Under the pieces are notes generated by a model. That model was not told where the DNA came from, made no database searches, and worked only from the letters and a program-made list of their open reading frames with translations. The position numbers and the translations under genes are program-made. From Candidatus Moraniibacteriota bacterium (GTDB lineage Bacteria; Patescibacteriota; Minisyncoccia; Moranbacterales; UBA1568), in the NCBI GenBank assembly GCA_013334575.1, contig JAAXXG010000003.1, positions 12,699-76,698 on the forward strand: a DNA stretch of 64,000 nt, written 5' to 3'. Shown in pieces: positions 10,322 through 19,166 of the stretch (its first letter is position 1; each line of letters starts with the position of its first letter).

Positions 10322-10410
10322 GTCATTCCGGGCTTGACCCGGAATCCATGGACGTTTCAGTGCTGAATCCCGGATCGATTGGCATGCGCCGGTCAAGAGC
10401 CCGGGACGAC
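10322..10410. repeat. GTCAT...GGGAYGAC palindromic repeat, related to the interior of the MITE
   Basis: GTCATTCCGGGCTTGACCCGGAATC...GCATGCGCCGGTCAAGAGCCCGGGACGAC; shares motifs with the MITE copies at 32012 and 53480. Confidence 0.7.
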
Positions 10411-10444
10411 GGCGAAAGGGAATTTCGTCTTTTGGGAAAAGACT

Positions 10445-10479
10445 AGTTGCAAGTTGTCGGTTGTGAGTTGTCAGTTAAT
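10445..10479. repeat. Heptamer tandem repeat upstream of tRNA-Ala
   Basis: AGTTGCA AGTTGTC GGTTGTG AGTTGTC AGTTAAT. Confidence 0.65.
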
Positions 10480-10483
10480 ACTT

Positions 10484-10557
10484 GGGCCGTTAGCTCAGTT
10501 GGTTAGAGCGCCGCATTTGCAATGCGGAGGTCGCCGGTTCGAATCCGGCACGGTCCA
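10484..10557 (+). tRNA. tRNA-Ala(TGC)
   Basis: GGGCCGT/ACGGTCC acceptor with G3:U70; anticodon arm CCGCA-TT-TGC-AA-TGCGG; GGTTCGAATCC; CCA not encoded. Confidence 0.95.
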
Positions 10558-10584
10558 CTCTGATTTTCCGGGACGATGTCTTCC

Positions 10585-10619
10585 GGAGGTCACCGGTTCG
10601 AATCCGGTAGGGTCCACCA
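10585..10619 (+). pseudogene. tRNA 3'-half remnant (variant T-arm and acceptor strand ending in CCA)
   Basis: GGAGGTCACCGGTTCGAATCCGGTAGGGTCCACCA, offset ~60 bp from the same part of tRNA-Ala. Confidence 0.75.
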
Positions 10620-10666
10620 TGATTTTTCCAGACAACGTGGAACTTCTTCGTACCCCATCGCCGAAT

Positions 10667-11425
10667 ATGGGAAAGACAAAACGCATCTTCTTCGACTGCT
10701 ATCAGACTTTGCTCGATACGGATATTGATCCAACGCGTCGCGACGCGAATGCTCGAAACGGTTGGGAGGCGTTCGTTTCTTCGCTTTCGGAGCGGCATGA
10801 CGTTCGTATTTCGGCGGACCGTTTCGAGGAGTCGGTCGAACGAGGAAAGGAAGCATTCTATTCGGCGCACGACAAGATGACTCGCCATCACGACCTGGTC
10901 GGAATCGTAGCGGAAGCGCTTCGGAAGGAGTGCGGAGCCGAGATTCCCGAAGGGGAGATTCGGCGGTTTCTCTATGAATACCGGAAGGCGAGTCGGGGAT
11001 TCGTCCGTCCGTATCCGGGCGTTCTCGAAACTCTTGAGCGACTCTCGAAACGATACCTCCTATCGGTCGCGAGTTACACGCAATCCGCGTTCACGCTCCC
11101 GGAACTGAAGGAGGTAGGCCTCAGCGGGTTCTTCTCTGATCATATTTTTTCTTCGGATATCGGATTCCGGAAGACGTCGTCTGATTTCTATCGGGAATGC
11201 CTTCGTATCATCGGAGCCGAACCGGCGGAATGCGTCATGATCGGGGACAACTATCAGGAGGATGTCGCTGTTCCGGAGGGGATCGGCATGAAAACGATCT
11301 GGATACGGAATCCGGTCACTGCTCAGGAAGGGCTCGTACCCGACCGAGCGGATGCGGTCGTCGATCTCGCGGATATTAGGCGGTTGTCGGAGGTGCTCGA
11401 TAGGATGTTTCCGGCTGATTCGTGA
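10667..11425 (+). CDS. HAD-superfamily hydrolase
   Basis: FFDCYQTLLD motif I, YPGVLETL, FRK, MIGDNYQED motif IV. Confidence 0.85.
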   Translation: MGKTKRIFFDCYQTLLDTDIDPTRRDANARNGWEAFVSSLSERHDVRISADRFEESVERGKEAFYSAHDKMTRHHDLVGIVAEALRKECGAEIPEGEIRRFLYEYRKASRGFVRPYPGVLETLERLSKRYLLSVASYTQSAFTLPELKEVGLSGFFSDHIFSSDIGFRKTSSDFYRECLRIIGAEPAECVMIGDNYQEDVAVPEGIGMKTIWIRNPVTAQEGLVPDRADAVVDLADIRRLSEVLDRMFPADS

Positions 11426-11593
11426 GAAGCTGAGATGCAGTGGTAGTTCCGATCCGTTTTCATGCCATTCAGTTGGTGCTTGTGGAAGAAGGTTGAGCCC
11501 GGAGTCGCTTATCTGTGGATTTTATTTCAAGTTTGGGATAATAGAGGAACGCAATTCTTTGGTCTTGGTCGCGATCATTGTAAAGCTTTGTTT

Positions 11594-12718
11594 ATGCATG
11601 ATAAGGGTTCATTGGGCAAGCAAGATAATGAGGGTGTTTCATCGGAGCCCGTCTCTGATGGTATGGAGGACGTAGTCAATATATCCATTGACGATGGAAT
11701 GCGCGTAATCGAAGAACGTCCGGATTGGGGTGAGTTCCATGGAAGCGAGACGGATGAATTCGGGGGATATAGGATGCCGACGCCAGAAGAGTCGGAGTCG
11801 TTCAAAAAAAGGATTGAGCGGATGGCGGAAATATTTGAAGGAGCCGATTTTCAGTGGTTTCTTGACGGAGCGATGAATATCTCTTTGTATAGGGGCGAGC
11901 AGATACGCGCACATAAGGACATAGATATGAGCGTGTTCGAGGAAGATTTGTCCCGATTGGATGAATTCTTGTCGAAACGAGGATTCGGGATATTCGCGAA
12001 CGCCGCCGATCGAAGGACGATGAGACGTCTGACGGGAACGGAGCTCGTCTCTTCTTGTGAGCCGGACCTGTCTATCTGCAAGATAGGTCAGGATGGCAGA
12101 ATCGAGAGTGACAGGACGGAGCCTTTCAACTTCGTCGATTTGCATGTGAATGAACGCGATTCCGAAGGGAACGTGTCTGTTCCGGGCGGTATCGGCATAT
12201 CTTTACCGAAAGAATATTTTATTCCCATTCGGAAACCGTTTGAGAACGGGAAGGAGATTTTCTTATCCCATCCAGCGGTTGTAGCATATCATAAGCTGTG
12301 TCAGGGGCGTCCACACGACTTCACTGATTTGAAAAGACTTCGGAAGTATTTAGACGAAAAGGACCTCGGGATGCTGCGCGAGATTTTCAAGAAAGAGGCC
12401 GAAGTGACGGACAAGGCTGTTGACATAATACTCGTTCGGATATGGGACTCCCTTTCGAAGTCAAAGGCGCTGTTCCTTTCTCGTGACCCGAAGGTTGTCA
12501 GTGAAATCCTTTGGGAAGATCCTGATATAAATGGCATGAGTCATGATGAGAGAGTCACTGGTTATGCCGATTCGATTTCCTCGTATGTTTCAGAGCATCC
12601 GAAAATCAGCTACGATGATTTTCGTCGACAGTCCGTCCTAATACTTGGAAATCATGATCGTTTTGATATGATTATGAGGCGGTTGAACGAGTTAGAGGGG
12701 GACGGAGTATCTGAATGA
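11594..12718 (+). CDS. Nucleotidyltransferase-domain protein (ANT(2'')/Lnu-like N-terminal domain)
   Basis: WFLDGAMNISLYRGEQIRAHKDIDMSV matches the GG..A..L..G...R.H.DID signature; VAYHK...RPHD..D follows. Confidence 0.6.
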   Translation: MHDKGSLGKQDNEGVSSEPVSDGMEDVVNISIDDGMRVIEERPDWGEFHGSETDEFGGYRMPTPEESESFKKRIERMAEIFEGADFQWFLDGAMNISLYRGEQIRAHKDIDMSVFEEDLSRLDEFLSKRGFGIFANAADRRTMRRLTGTELVSSCEPDLSICKIGQDGRIESDRTEPFNFVDLHVNERDSEGNVSVPGGIGISLPKEYFIPIRKPFENGKEIFLSHPAVVAYHKLCQGRPHDFTDLKRLRKYLDEKDLGMLREIFKKEAEVTDKAVDIILVRIWDSLSKSKALFLSRDPKVVSEILWEDPDINGMSHDERVTGYADSISSYVSEHPKISYDDFRRQSVLILGNHDRFDMIMRRLNELEGDGVSE

Positions 12719-12740
12719 TAGTCAGTGTCCTGATTTTCAT

Positions 12741-13388
12741 ATGACTCTCGAAGAGAAAAAGAAACGTGTGCGAGAGGCCTTGAAGAGACTTCGGAAGGCG
12801 TATCCGGTGACGGGGCCGTTCGTGGAGTGGTCGAACCCGCTCGAATTGGTCGTGGGGACGGCGCTCTCCGCGCAGTGCACCGACGAGCGGGTGAACATAG
12901 TCACGCGGGAGCTGTTCAAGAAGTACCGGTCGGCGAAGGATTACGCGGATGCCGATCAGGGCGTGCTCGAGAAGGAAATCTACTCGACCGGGTTCTATCG
13001 GAACAAGGCGAAGAATCTCCGCGGAATGGGCAGGGTCCTCGTGGAGGAGTTCGGAGGAAAGGTACCGGAGACGCTTGATGGACTTCTGAAGCTTCCTGGT
13101 ATCTCGAATAAGACGGCGTACATCGTGCTTGCCAAGGCGTTCGGAAAGATGGAAGGACTTGCCGTGGATACGCATGTGTTCCGCCTGGCGCCGCGCCTTG
13201 GCTGGTCGACGGCGAAGACGCCGGAGAGAATGTCTCGTGAGTTGGGTGAACTTTTTCCGAAGGGGGACTATCTCGACGTGAACGAATATCTCATCACGCA
13301 CGGTCGGGCGGTCTGCAGCCCGCGGAGCCCCAAGTGTGGCGAGTGTGTGCTTGCGGATATCTGCCCGAGTGCGGGGAAGATTCTCTGA
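12741..13388 (+). CDS. nth: Endonuclease III
   Basis: LSAQCTDERVN, GFYRNKAKN, HhH LPGISNKTA, VDTHVFR, C-x6-C-x2-C-x5-C Fe-S motif. Confidence 0.93.
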   Translation: MTLEEKKKRVREALKRLRKAYPVTGPFVEWSNPLELVVGTALSAQCTDERVNIVTRELFKKYRSAKDYADADQGVLEKEIYSTGFYRNKAKNLRGMGRVLVEEFGGKVPETLDGLLKLPGISNKTAYIVLAKAFGKMEGLAVDTHVFRLAPRLGWSTAKTPERMSRELGELFPKGDYLDVNEYLITHGRAVCSPRSPKCGECVLADICPSAGKIL

Positions 13389-13547
13389 TTTCTCCGTTAA
13401 CGGGTTATGATGTTCCCGTTTTGGTGCTTGACTCATTATTCCTTATCCCTGACCCGTCATAGACACTTGCTTCTTTTCGCAAGGCATGGTATCCTCCGAA
13501 TGACCTCGTTTTCGGGGTGTGCTCTTCGTAGTTCGAGCCGATTCATC

Positions 13548-13621
13548 GGGCGATTAGCTCAGTTGGTTAGAGCGCGTCACTGATAATGACGAGGTCCCAA
13601 GTTCGAATCTTGGATCGCCCA
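13548..13621 (+). tRNA. tRNA-Ile(GAT)
   Basis: GGGCGAT/ATCGCCC acceptor; CGTCA-CT-GAT-AA-TGACG; GTTCGAATC. Confidence 0.95.
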
Positions 13622-13651
13622 CATTCCGTCTTCGAGAGGCGGGAAACATAT

Positions 13652-13724
13652 AGCGGGGTAGAGCAGCTGGCAGCTCGTCTGGCTCATAACCAGGAGGTCG
13701 TGGGTTCGAATCCCACCCCCGCAA
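13652..13724 (+). tRNA. tRNA-Met(CAT), initiator type
   Basis: Unpaired 1:72 (A/A) above GCGGGG/CCCCGC; GAGCAGCTGGCAGCTC D-arm typical of fMet; TCTGG-CT-CAT-AA-CCAGG. Confidence 0.9.
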
Positions 13725-13912
13725 CAAGGAACGAAGTGACGCAGTGGAGGGGAGAACGCCGACGATTCGGCGTTCGGTGGGATGAGAAGGGATTTCGAAA
13801 GAAATCCCCGGCTCGAAGAGGAAGAAATTCCCTGGGAGGGAATTTTTTCTACTCGCAACAAGCGACAGAAGGAGCCGCGCGAGCGGCTTTCTTCGTCGGA
13901 ACATGAGGATTT

Positions 13913-15769
13913 ATGATCGATGCATCAAAAAAGAATACCGAACCGAAACGTCTCCCGGCAAGGCGGATTTTCGCTTGGTATTGGAAGGTGCTGCGTAAAT
14001 ATCGTCGCCCCTTCCTTTTCGCGGTCGTGAGTTACGGGTTGGCGGCCGTTTCTGGGAGCGTCATCCCGCCGATCATCTACAAGGGGTTGACGGATACGTT
14101 GTCCGGCGCCGGCTCGCCGGAAATTTTCGGGCGCACCGGCGCGTGGGTCTGGGTTTCGGCGCTCGGCTTCAACTATCTCTCGACATACGTCTTTTTCCGG
14201 CTCGGCGATATCTCCTACTTCCGCCCGTACAGCAGGGCCGCAAAGGACCTGGTCGACTCCACCTTCGATCGGATCGAGTCGCGGTCGCACGGATTCTTCG
14301 CCGACCATTTCTCGGGGAGTCTCGTGTCGCAGGCAAGGCGGTATGTCGATTCGTTCGGTTCCCTGTCGGACACGATCATCTACAATATCTGGATGCCGAC
14401 CGTCAACCTGATCGGAAGCCTGATCGGGCTCTTCGTCTTCTCTCCGCCTTTGGCGGCGCTCTTCCTGACCGGTATGGCGATCATGTTGCTTCTTCCACTG
14501 CCGCTCCTCCGCAAGAGGATGTCGTTCGACGCGCTTGAGAGCGAGGAGGATTCCAGGGTGACCGGTCGTCTCGCGGACGTGATCACGAATATCCTGACGG
14601 TGAAGATGTTCGCTTCCGGTTCCGCTGAGCGGAAGTCGTTCCGGGAATTCACCGACCGGCAGGAGCGTGCCCGGGGCATGGCCTATCGGGCGCTCCTGCA
14701 TATGATCATGCTGCAGAACGGACTCGTGCTCGTCTTCCAGTTCGTCGGCATGGCCGCGTCGGTCTGGCTCTGGTCGCGCGGGACGATCACGGTCGGTACG
14801 GTCATCCTCATGCAGGCGTACCTGATGGGTGTCTTCAGTATCGCGAACCAGTTCAACCGTTCCGTTTCCGAGATCCTCCGCTCGCTTGCCCGCGCGTCCG
14901 AGATGGTTGAAATCTTCGAACTGCCACAGGACCTGACCGATCCGGAGCGGCCGGAGGAATGTCGGATCTCGAAGGGACGGATCGCGTTCCGGGACGTCTC
15001 GTTCCGATATCCAGGCGGTGATACCGTCTTCGAGAAGTTTTCCTTCTCCGTCCGTGCCGGGGAGAAGGTCGGACTCGTCGGTCCATCAGGCGGCGGGAAG
15101 TCGACCGTGACCAAACTGCTGCTTCGGTTCGTCGATCCGCAGGAGGGGGCGATCGAGATCGACGGACAGGATATCCGTCGCATCCGGCAGGACGATTTGC
15201 GGGCGCGTATCGCCTACGTGCCGCAGGACCCGCTGCTGTTCCATCGGTCGCTGCGCGAGAACATCGGATACGGCCGAGCGGGCGCTTCCGAAGAGGAGAT
15301 GCTTTCGGCATCGCGACGCGCACATGCGGATGAGTTCGTCGCGCGCCTGCCGGAGGGGTATGACACGCTCGTCGGCGAGCGCGGCGTGAAACTTTCGGGC
15401 GGTCAGCGGCAGCGCGTCGCGATCGCACGGGCGATCCTCAAGAATGCGCCGATTCTCGTACTCGACGAGGCGACGAGCGCGCTTGATTCGGAAAGCGAAC
15501 ATGCGATCCAGGAGGCGCTTGCCGAACTTATGACGGGGAAGACCGCGATCGTCATCGCTCACCGGCTCTCGACCATACGGCGGATGGATAGGATCGTCGT
15601 CCTCGGGAAAGACGGTCGCGTAGAGGAAGAGGGGACGCACGATGAACTTCTGTCCCGGAACGGACACTATGCCTCGTTGTGGGAGCGTCAGACCGGCGGG
15701 TTCATCGATAGCGACGATGTCGAAAACGCAGCCGATTCCGAGTCGGAAGCGTACCCATTGGAAGCCTGA
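13913..15769 (+). CDS. ABC exporter, fused permease and ATPase (MsbA/MdlB-like)
   Basis: N-terminal TM domain, GPSGGGKS, LSGGQRQR, ILVLDEATSALD, IAHRLST. Confidence 0.93.
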   Translation: MIDASKKNTEPKRLPARRIFAWYWKVLRKYRRPFLFAVVSYGLAAVSGSVIPPIIYKGLTDTLSGAGSPEIFGRTGAWVWVSALGFNYLSTYVFFRLGDISYFRPYSRAAKDLVDSTFDRIESRSHGFFADHFSGSLVSQARRYVDSFGSLSDTIIYNIWMPTVNLIGSLIGLFVFSPPLAALFLTGMAIMLLLPLPLLRKRMSFDALESEEDSRVTGRLADVITNILTVKMFASGSAERKSFREFTDRQERARGMAYRALLHMIMLQNGLVLVFQFVGMAASVWLWSRGTITVGTVILMQAYLMGVFSIANQFNRSVSEILRSLARASEMVEIFELPQDLTDPERPEECRISKGRIAFRDVSFRYPGGDTVFEKFSFSVRAGEKVGLVGPSGGGKSTVTKLLLRFVDPQEGAIEIDGQDIRRIRQDDLRARIAYVPQDPLLFHRSLRENIGYGRAGASEEEMLSASRRAHADEFVARLPEGYDTLVGERGVKLSGGQRQRVAIARAILKNAPILVLDEATSALDSESEHAIQEALAELMTGKTAIVIAHRLSTIRRMDRIVVLGKDGRVEEEGTHDELLSRNGHYASLWERQTGGFIDSDDVENAADSESEAYPLEA

Positions 15770-15837
15770 CGAAGAACAATCTGTAAGGCCGCCCGCTTCT
15801 CGGGCGGTTTTGCTTTTCTTAAGCCATTATAATACTA

Positions 15838-15866
15838 TTGACATTTTATTAAAAAAAGAGTATAAT
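15838..15866 (+). promoter_or_regulatory. Perfect sigma-70 consensus promoter for the LPXTG protein/sortase unit
   Basis: TTGACA-17 bp-TATAAT. Confidence 0.85.
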
Positions 15867-15942
15867 GGATAGTTTTATCGGGTGAACGGCCGTCAGGTCG
15901 TGTCTTCCGGAAAACGGATAACCAGTGAGAGGAAGAAGACGT

Positions 15943-16434
15943 ATGAAACGGGTGAATTCGGTGATGGCCGCCTTGGTCGCCATCGGGATGCTTGCGAATC
16001 CGGCCGTTTCCGCATTCGCGTGCGGGACGTGTCAGGATACGCCGACCCCTCCGTGTCAGGAGAATCCGGTCTGTGGTAATGGCGAGGTCGAAGCAGGCGA
16101 AGCCTGCGACGACGGGAACCGCGACGACAACGATACCTGCTCGAACGACTGCGTGAAGCAGATCGTGAAGGAGGTGCCATTCGAGGTCGTGAAGGAAGTC
16201 CCGGTCGAGGTGGAAAAGGTCGTGACCAAGGAGGTTCCGGTCATCCAGACGGTGACGAACACCGTGGAGAAGGTCGTATACAAGTACAAGCATCATCACG
16301 ACAAGCACAAGAAGAAGTCGTCCAAGAAGCAGGAAGTGCTTCCGGCGACCGGACTTCCGCTTGCCGGTTTCGCGGGAATCGGTCTTGCGGCCGCGGGCGT
16401 GACGGCGGCGGTACGGAAATCGCGGAAGCGGTAA
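15943..16434 (+). CDS. Small secreted LPXTG-anchored protein with a Myxococcus-type cysteine-rich repeat
   Basis: Signal peptide; CGNGEVEAGEACDDGNRDDNDTCSNDC; EVVKEVPV repeats; LPATG followed by a hydrophobic helix and basic tail (RKSRKR). Confidence 0.8.
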   Translation: MKRVNSVMAALVAIGMLANPAVSAFACGTCQDTPTPPCQENPVCGNGEVEAGEACDDGNRDDNDTCSNDCVKQIVKEVPFEVVKEVPVEVEKVVTKEVPVIQTVTNTVEKVVYKYKHHHDKHKKKSSKKQEVLPATGLPLAGFAGIGLAAAGVTAAVRKSRKR

Positions 16435-16525
16435 TCCGTGCGGAGAGTTCGAGGGACATGCGATGAGCATGTCCTTCCTCCTTCGATCCGTTGCTTCGGC
16501 AAGGGGACGGAGGAGGAAAAAACGT

Positions 16526-17626
16526 ATGAGGGGACGTATCGTATTCATGGAGAGACATTTCGGCAAGTCGGAGCGCGCCCGCGCGGCCGCTTCCGGGCTC
16601 TGGTATCGGATGAAACCGTTTCTCGGTCCGCTGGCCGGGTTTCTTGTCGTCGCTGCCGGCTTCTTTCTCGCGGCGAGCGTCGATTTTTCCGTGATCCGTG
16701 ATGCCGTCGACGGCCTTGCCGGAAAGACGGTCCGGGCGGAATCGTTGTCGCCGGAATGGATCACCAGATATTCGATCGTGATGAACGGGCGTATCCGGCC
16801 GGACGACGATGCCGACCACGACGGACTCGGATTCGTCGCGGAACAGTCGGCCGGGACGAATCCGTACGACGCCGATACCGACGACGACGGTGCGGGTGAT
16901 GCCGAGGAACTTTCCCGCGGTACCGACCCGCTCGGCTCCGGCGAACTCGATACGGACGCGGACGGAATGCCTGATCCGTGGGAGATGGCCAGGGAGCTCG
17001 ACCCGAAGGCGGCCGACGCCGACGTCGATCCGGACGGTGACGGATTGCCGAATATCGGCGAGTACGCGTACGGCACCGATCCGCATCTCTCCGATACCGA
17101 CGGCGACGGGTTCGGCGACGCCGCGGAGATCGGGAACGGGTACGATCCCGACGCTCCCGGCGACACCAAGCCGTCGGTGACCGTCCTTATCGAGAAGGTC
17201 GGCGTCGCGGCACCGATGATCTGGTCCTCGTCCGACGACGACACGAAGATGCTTTCCGATCTCAAGAACGGCGTCATCCGGTATCCGGATTCCGGCGTGC
17301 CGGGTCAGCCGGGAAACGTGATCATCGCCGGTCACAGCAGCAACTACGCGTGGGCGCAGGGGGACTACAATTCCGTTTTCCGCCGGCTTGGCGAACTTGC
17401 GGCCGGAGACATCGTGATCCTGCGTGCCAAGCAGGCCAACGGTCGGACCTTCGATTACCGGTACCGCCTGACCGAGAAGCGCGTTACGACTCCGGACGAT
17501 CCTTGGATCTTCGAGGATGACGGTGCCGACGAGGTGACCCTGAGTACCTGTTGGCCGCTCGGAACCGCCTTCCGCAGGCTTGTCCTGCGCGGCGAGATGG
17601 AGGAGGGCGAGGATTCCGCATCCTGA
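16526..17626 (+). CDS. Sortase with Asp-rich Ca-binding (TSP3-like) repeats
   Basis: TM anchor; repeated DTDxDG..D..E...GTDP; catalytic IAGH, TLSTCWP and RRLVL. Confidence 0.87.
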   Translation: MRGRIVFMERHFGKSERARAAASGLWYRMKPFLGPLAGFLVVAAGFFLAASVDFSVIRDAVDGLAGKTVRAESLSPEWITRYSIVMNGRIRPDDDADHDGLGFVAEQSAGTNPYDADTDDDGAGDAEELSRGTDPLGSGELDTDADGMPDPWEMARELDPKAADADVDPDGDGLPNIGEYAYGTDPHLSDTDGDGFGDAAEIGNGYDPDAPGDTKPSVTVLIEKVGVAAPMIWSSSDDDTKMLSDLKNGVIRYPDSGVPGQPGNVIIAGHSSNYAWAQGDYNSVFRRLGELAAGDIVILRAKQANGRTFDYRYRLTEKRVTTPDDPWIFEDDGADEVTLSTCWPLGTAFRRLVLRGEMEEGEDSAS

Positions 17627-17740
17627 AAATATTCCGGTCCTCCGTGTGTGTTGACTCGTCTCGGAATATCGGGTATCGTTCTAAGGAATCCGGTTCCGAG
17701 AGGATCGGCGGGTTCGTGTTCCGCCCCGCACCGCCTGTCT

Positions 17741-17814
17741 GCCAGGGTAGCTCAGTTGGTTAGAGCACGGGACTCATAAGCCCGGGGTCGAGAGTTCGAA
17801 TCTCTCCCCTGGTA
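17741..17814 (+). tRNA. tRNA with CAT anticodon (probably elongator Met; Ile2 not excluded)
   Basis: GCCAGGG/CCCTGGT acceptor; CGGGA-CT-CAT-AA-GCCCG; GTTCGAATC. Confidence 0.88.
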
Positions 17815-17844
17815 CATGGTCGGAGCGGGACGGAAAAGCATGTT

Positions 17845-17918
17845 GGACCGGTAGCTCAGTTGGTTAGAGCGCCGCCCTGTCACGGCGGAGGTCGCGAGTT
17901 CGAGTCTCGTCCGGTCCG
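17845..17918 (+). tRNA. tRNA-Asp(GTC)
   Basis: GGACCGG/CCGGTCC acceptor; CCGCC-CT-GTC-AC-GGCGG; discriminator G. Confidence 0.95.
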
Positions 17919-17919
17919 C

Positions 17920-18188
17920 CTTCGCTGCGCTGAAGCGCAGCTACGGCGGGACACAGTCCGCTTAGGTTCCGCCAACGTGGAACTACGGCGGGACACAGTC
18001 CGCAGTAGATGAGAGAAAGTGAGAGAGAACGAAGTGAACGCAAGTCCGGAAGCGAGCTGATGATTCGGCTTTCGTCGGGACGAGAAAGGCGCAGCGCGCT
18101 TCGCCAGTAGGCGAAGCCGCAAGCCGGGGTCGAGAAGGTCCGTCGCGACGGCGACGGATCATTCGTGACCGAGTCTCGTCCGGTCCGC
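17920..18188 (+). repeat. Structured non-coding element bracketed by a 19-bp duplication of the tRNA-Asp 3' end
   Basis: CGAGTCTCGTCCGGTCCGC at 17901-17919 and 18170-18188; two internal 42-bp units ending CTACGGCGGGACACAGTCCGC. Confidence 0.8.
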
Positions 18189-18262
18189 AGGGAACGGCCC
18201 ACATCGGGTCGTTTTTCGTTTCGTGATATGATTTTCCGGTATGAGGATGAGTAATCAATTTC

Positions 18263-18796
18263 ATGCCGAATCTCTGTTGCTCCACCATTTTCGCTGAGCG
18301 GGTGACGCTCAAGCCGGTCTCGTCCGCGTACGAGGATGCCATTTTCCGCGAGTTCACCGAAGCGGTGGCGAGATACACGTTTCCGAAACCCGCCGATGAT
18401 ATCGAGGGAGTACGCGCGTTCATCGGGGAGTCGCGTGCGAAGATGGAGCGCGGGACGGATCTTGTCGTCGCGGTTATCGACCGGATGAGCGGCGCGTTCC
18501 TGGGGTGTGCCGGACTTCACGGGCTCGATGGGGACGAACCGGAATTCGGGATCTGGCTCGCCGTGTCCGCGCAGGGGAAGGGTATCGGAAAGGAAGTCGT
18601 CTTGGCGCTTCATACGTGGGCGGTAGCCAACCTGCCGCAGCCGTTTCTCCGGTACGTGTCGGACCGAACGAATATTCCGAGCCGAAGGCTTGCCGAAGTG
18701 CTCGGCGGCGTGCCGGTCGGAGAGTCGGTCCTTCCGAACGCTCGCGGCGAATATCTGCCTGTCGTGACCTATCGCGTTCCCAACCGCGTGTCGTGA
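18263..18796 (+). CDS. GNAT acetyltransferase (RimJ/RimL type)
   Basis: FLGCAGL, EFGIWL..SAQGKGIGKE, N.PSRRLAE.LG. Confidence 0.85.
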   Translation: MPNLCCSTIFAERVTLKPVSSAYEDAIFREFTEAVARYTFPKPADDIEGVRAFIGESRAKMERGTDLVVAVIDRMSGAFLGCAGLHGLDGDEPEFGIWLAVSAQGKGIGKEVVLALHTWAVANLPQPFLRYVSDRTNIPSRRLAEVLGGVPVGESVLPNARGEYLPVVTYRVPNRVS

Positions 18797-18851
18797 GGGA
18801 TGCCGTATCCGATTGACTCCCTATCAGGCTCCGTATATACTGGGGGGGAGT

Positions 18852-19157
18852 ATGAATGACGTCTGTCGAAAGGAAGGACGGATCGGTGCCGGAGGCCGTG
18901 GCGCGAATGCGGATCGCGGCTCTTCTTCGTGCGTGCTGCGCCGTCTTTCGCGTATCGAGGGGCAGGTCCGCGGTATCCGGAAGATGATCGAGGAAGGGCG
19001 GGACTGCGAGGCGGTCGTCCAGCAGGTGAGCGCGGTCCGCGAGGCGGTCTCCACGCTCGGACTCGAGCTGCTCCGGGACGATTTCGCCTGCCGGCGTCGC
19101 AAGGGTCGCGAGATCGACGAGCGGTTCCTCCGGTCCCTCTTCCGCATGAAACACTGA
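18852..19157 (+). CDS. CsoR/RcnR/FrmR family sensor-repressor
   Basis: RRLSRIEGQVRGIRKMIEEGRDC..VVQQVSAVR.A. Confidence 0.88.
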   Translation: MNDVCRKEGRIGAGGRGANADRGSSSCVLRRLSRIEGQVRGIRKMIEEGRDCEAVVQQVSAVREAVSTLGLELLRDDFACRRRKGREIDERFLRSLFRMKH

Positions 19158-19166
19158 ACGTTCCCT

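Noticed and set aside
11594-12718. Calling this gene, or the APH-like gene at 22680, an antibiotic resistance gene
   Set aside because: Only fold-level motifs are visible and the substrate cannot be inferred.
17920-18003. Possible mini-CRISPR array (21-bp repeat, 21-bp spacer)
   Set aside because: Only two repeats, too short, the spacers are hairpins and there are no cas genes; treated as REP-like units.
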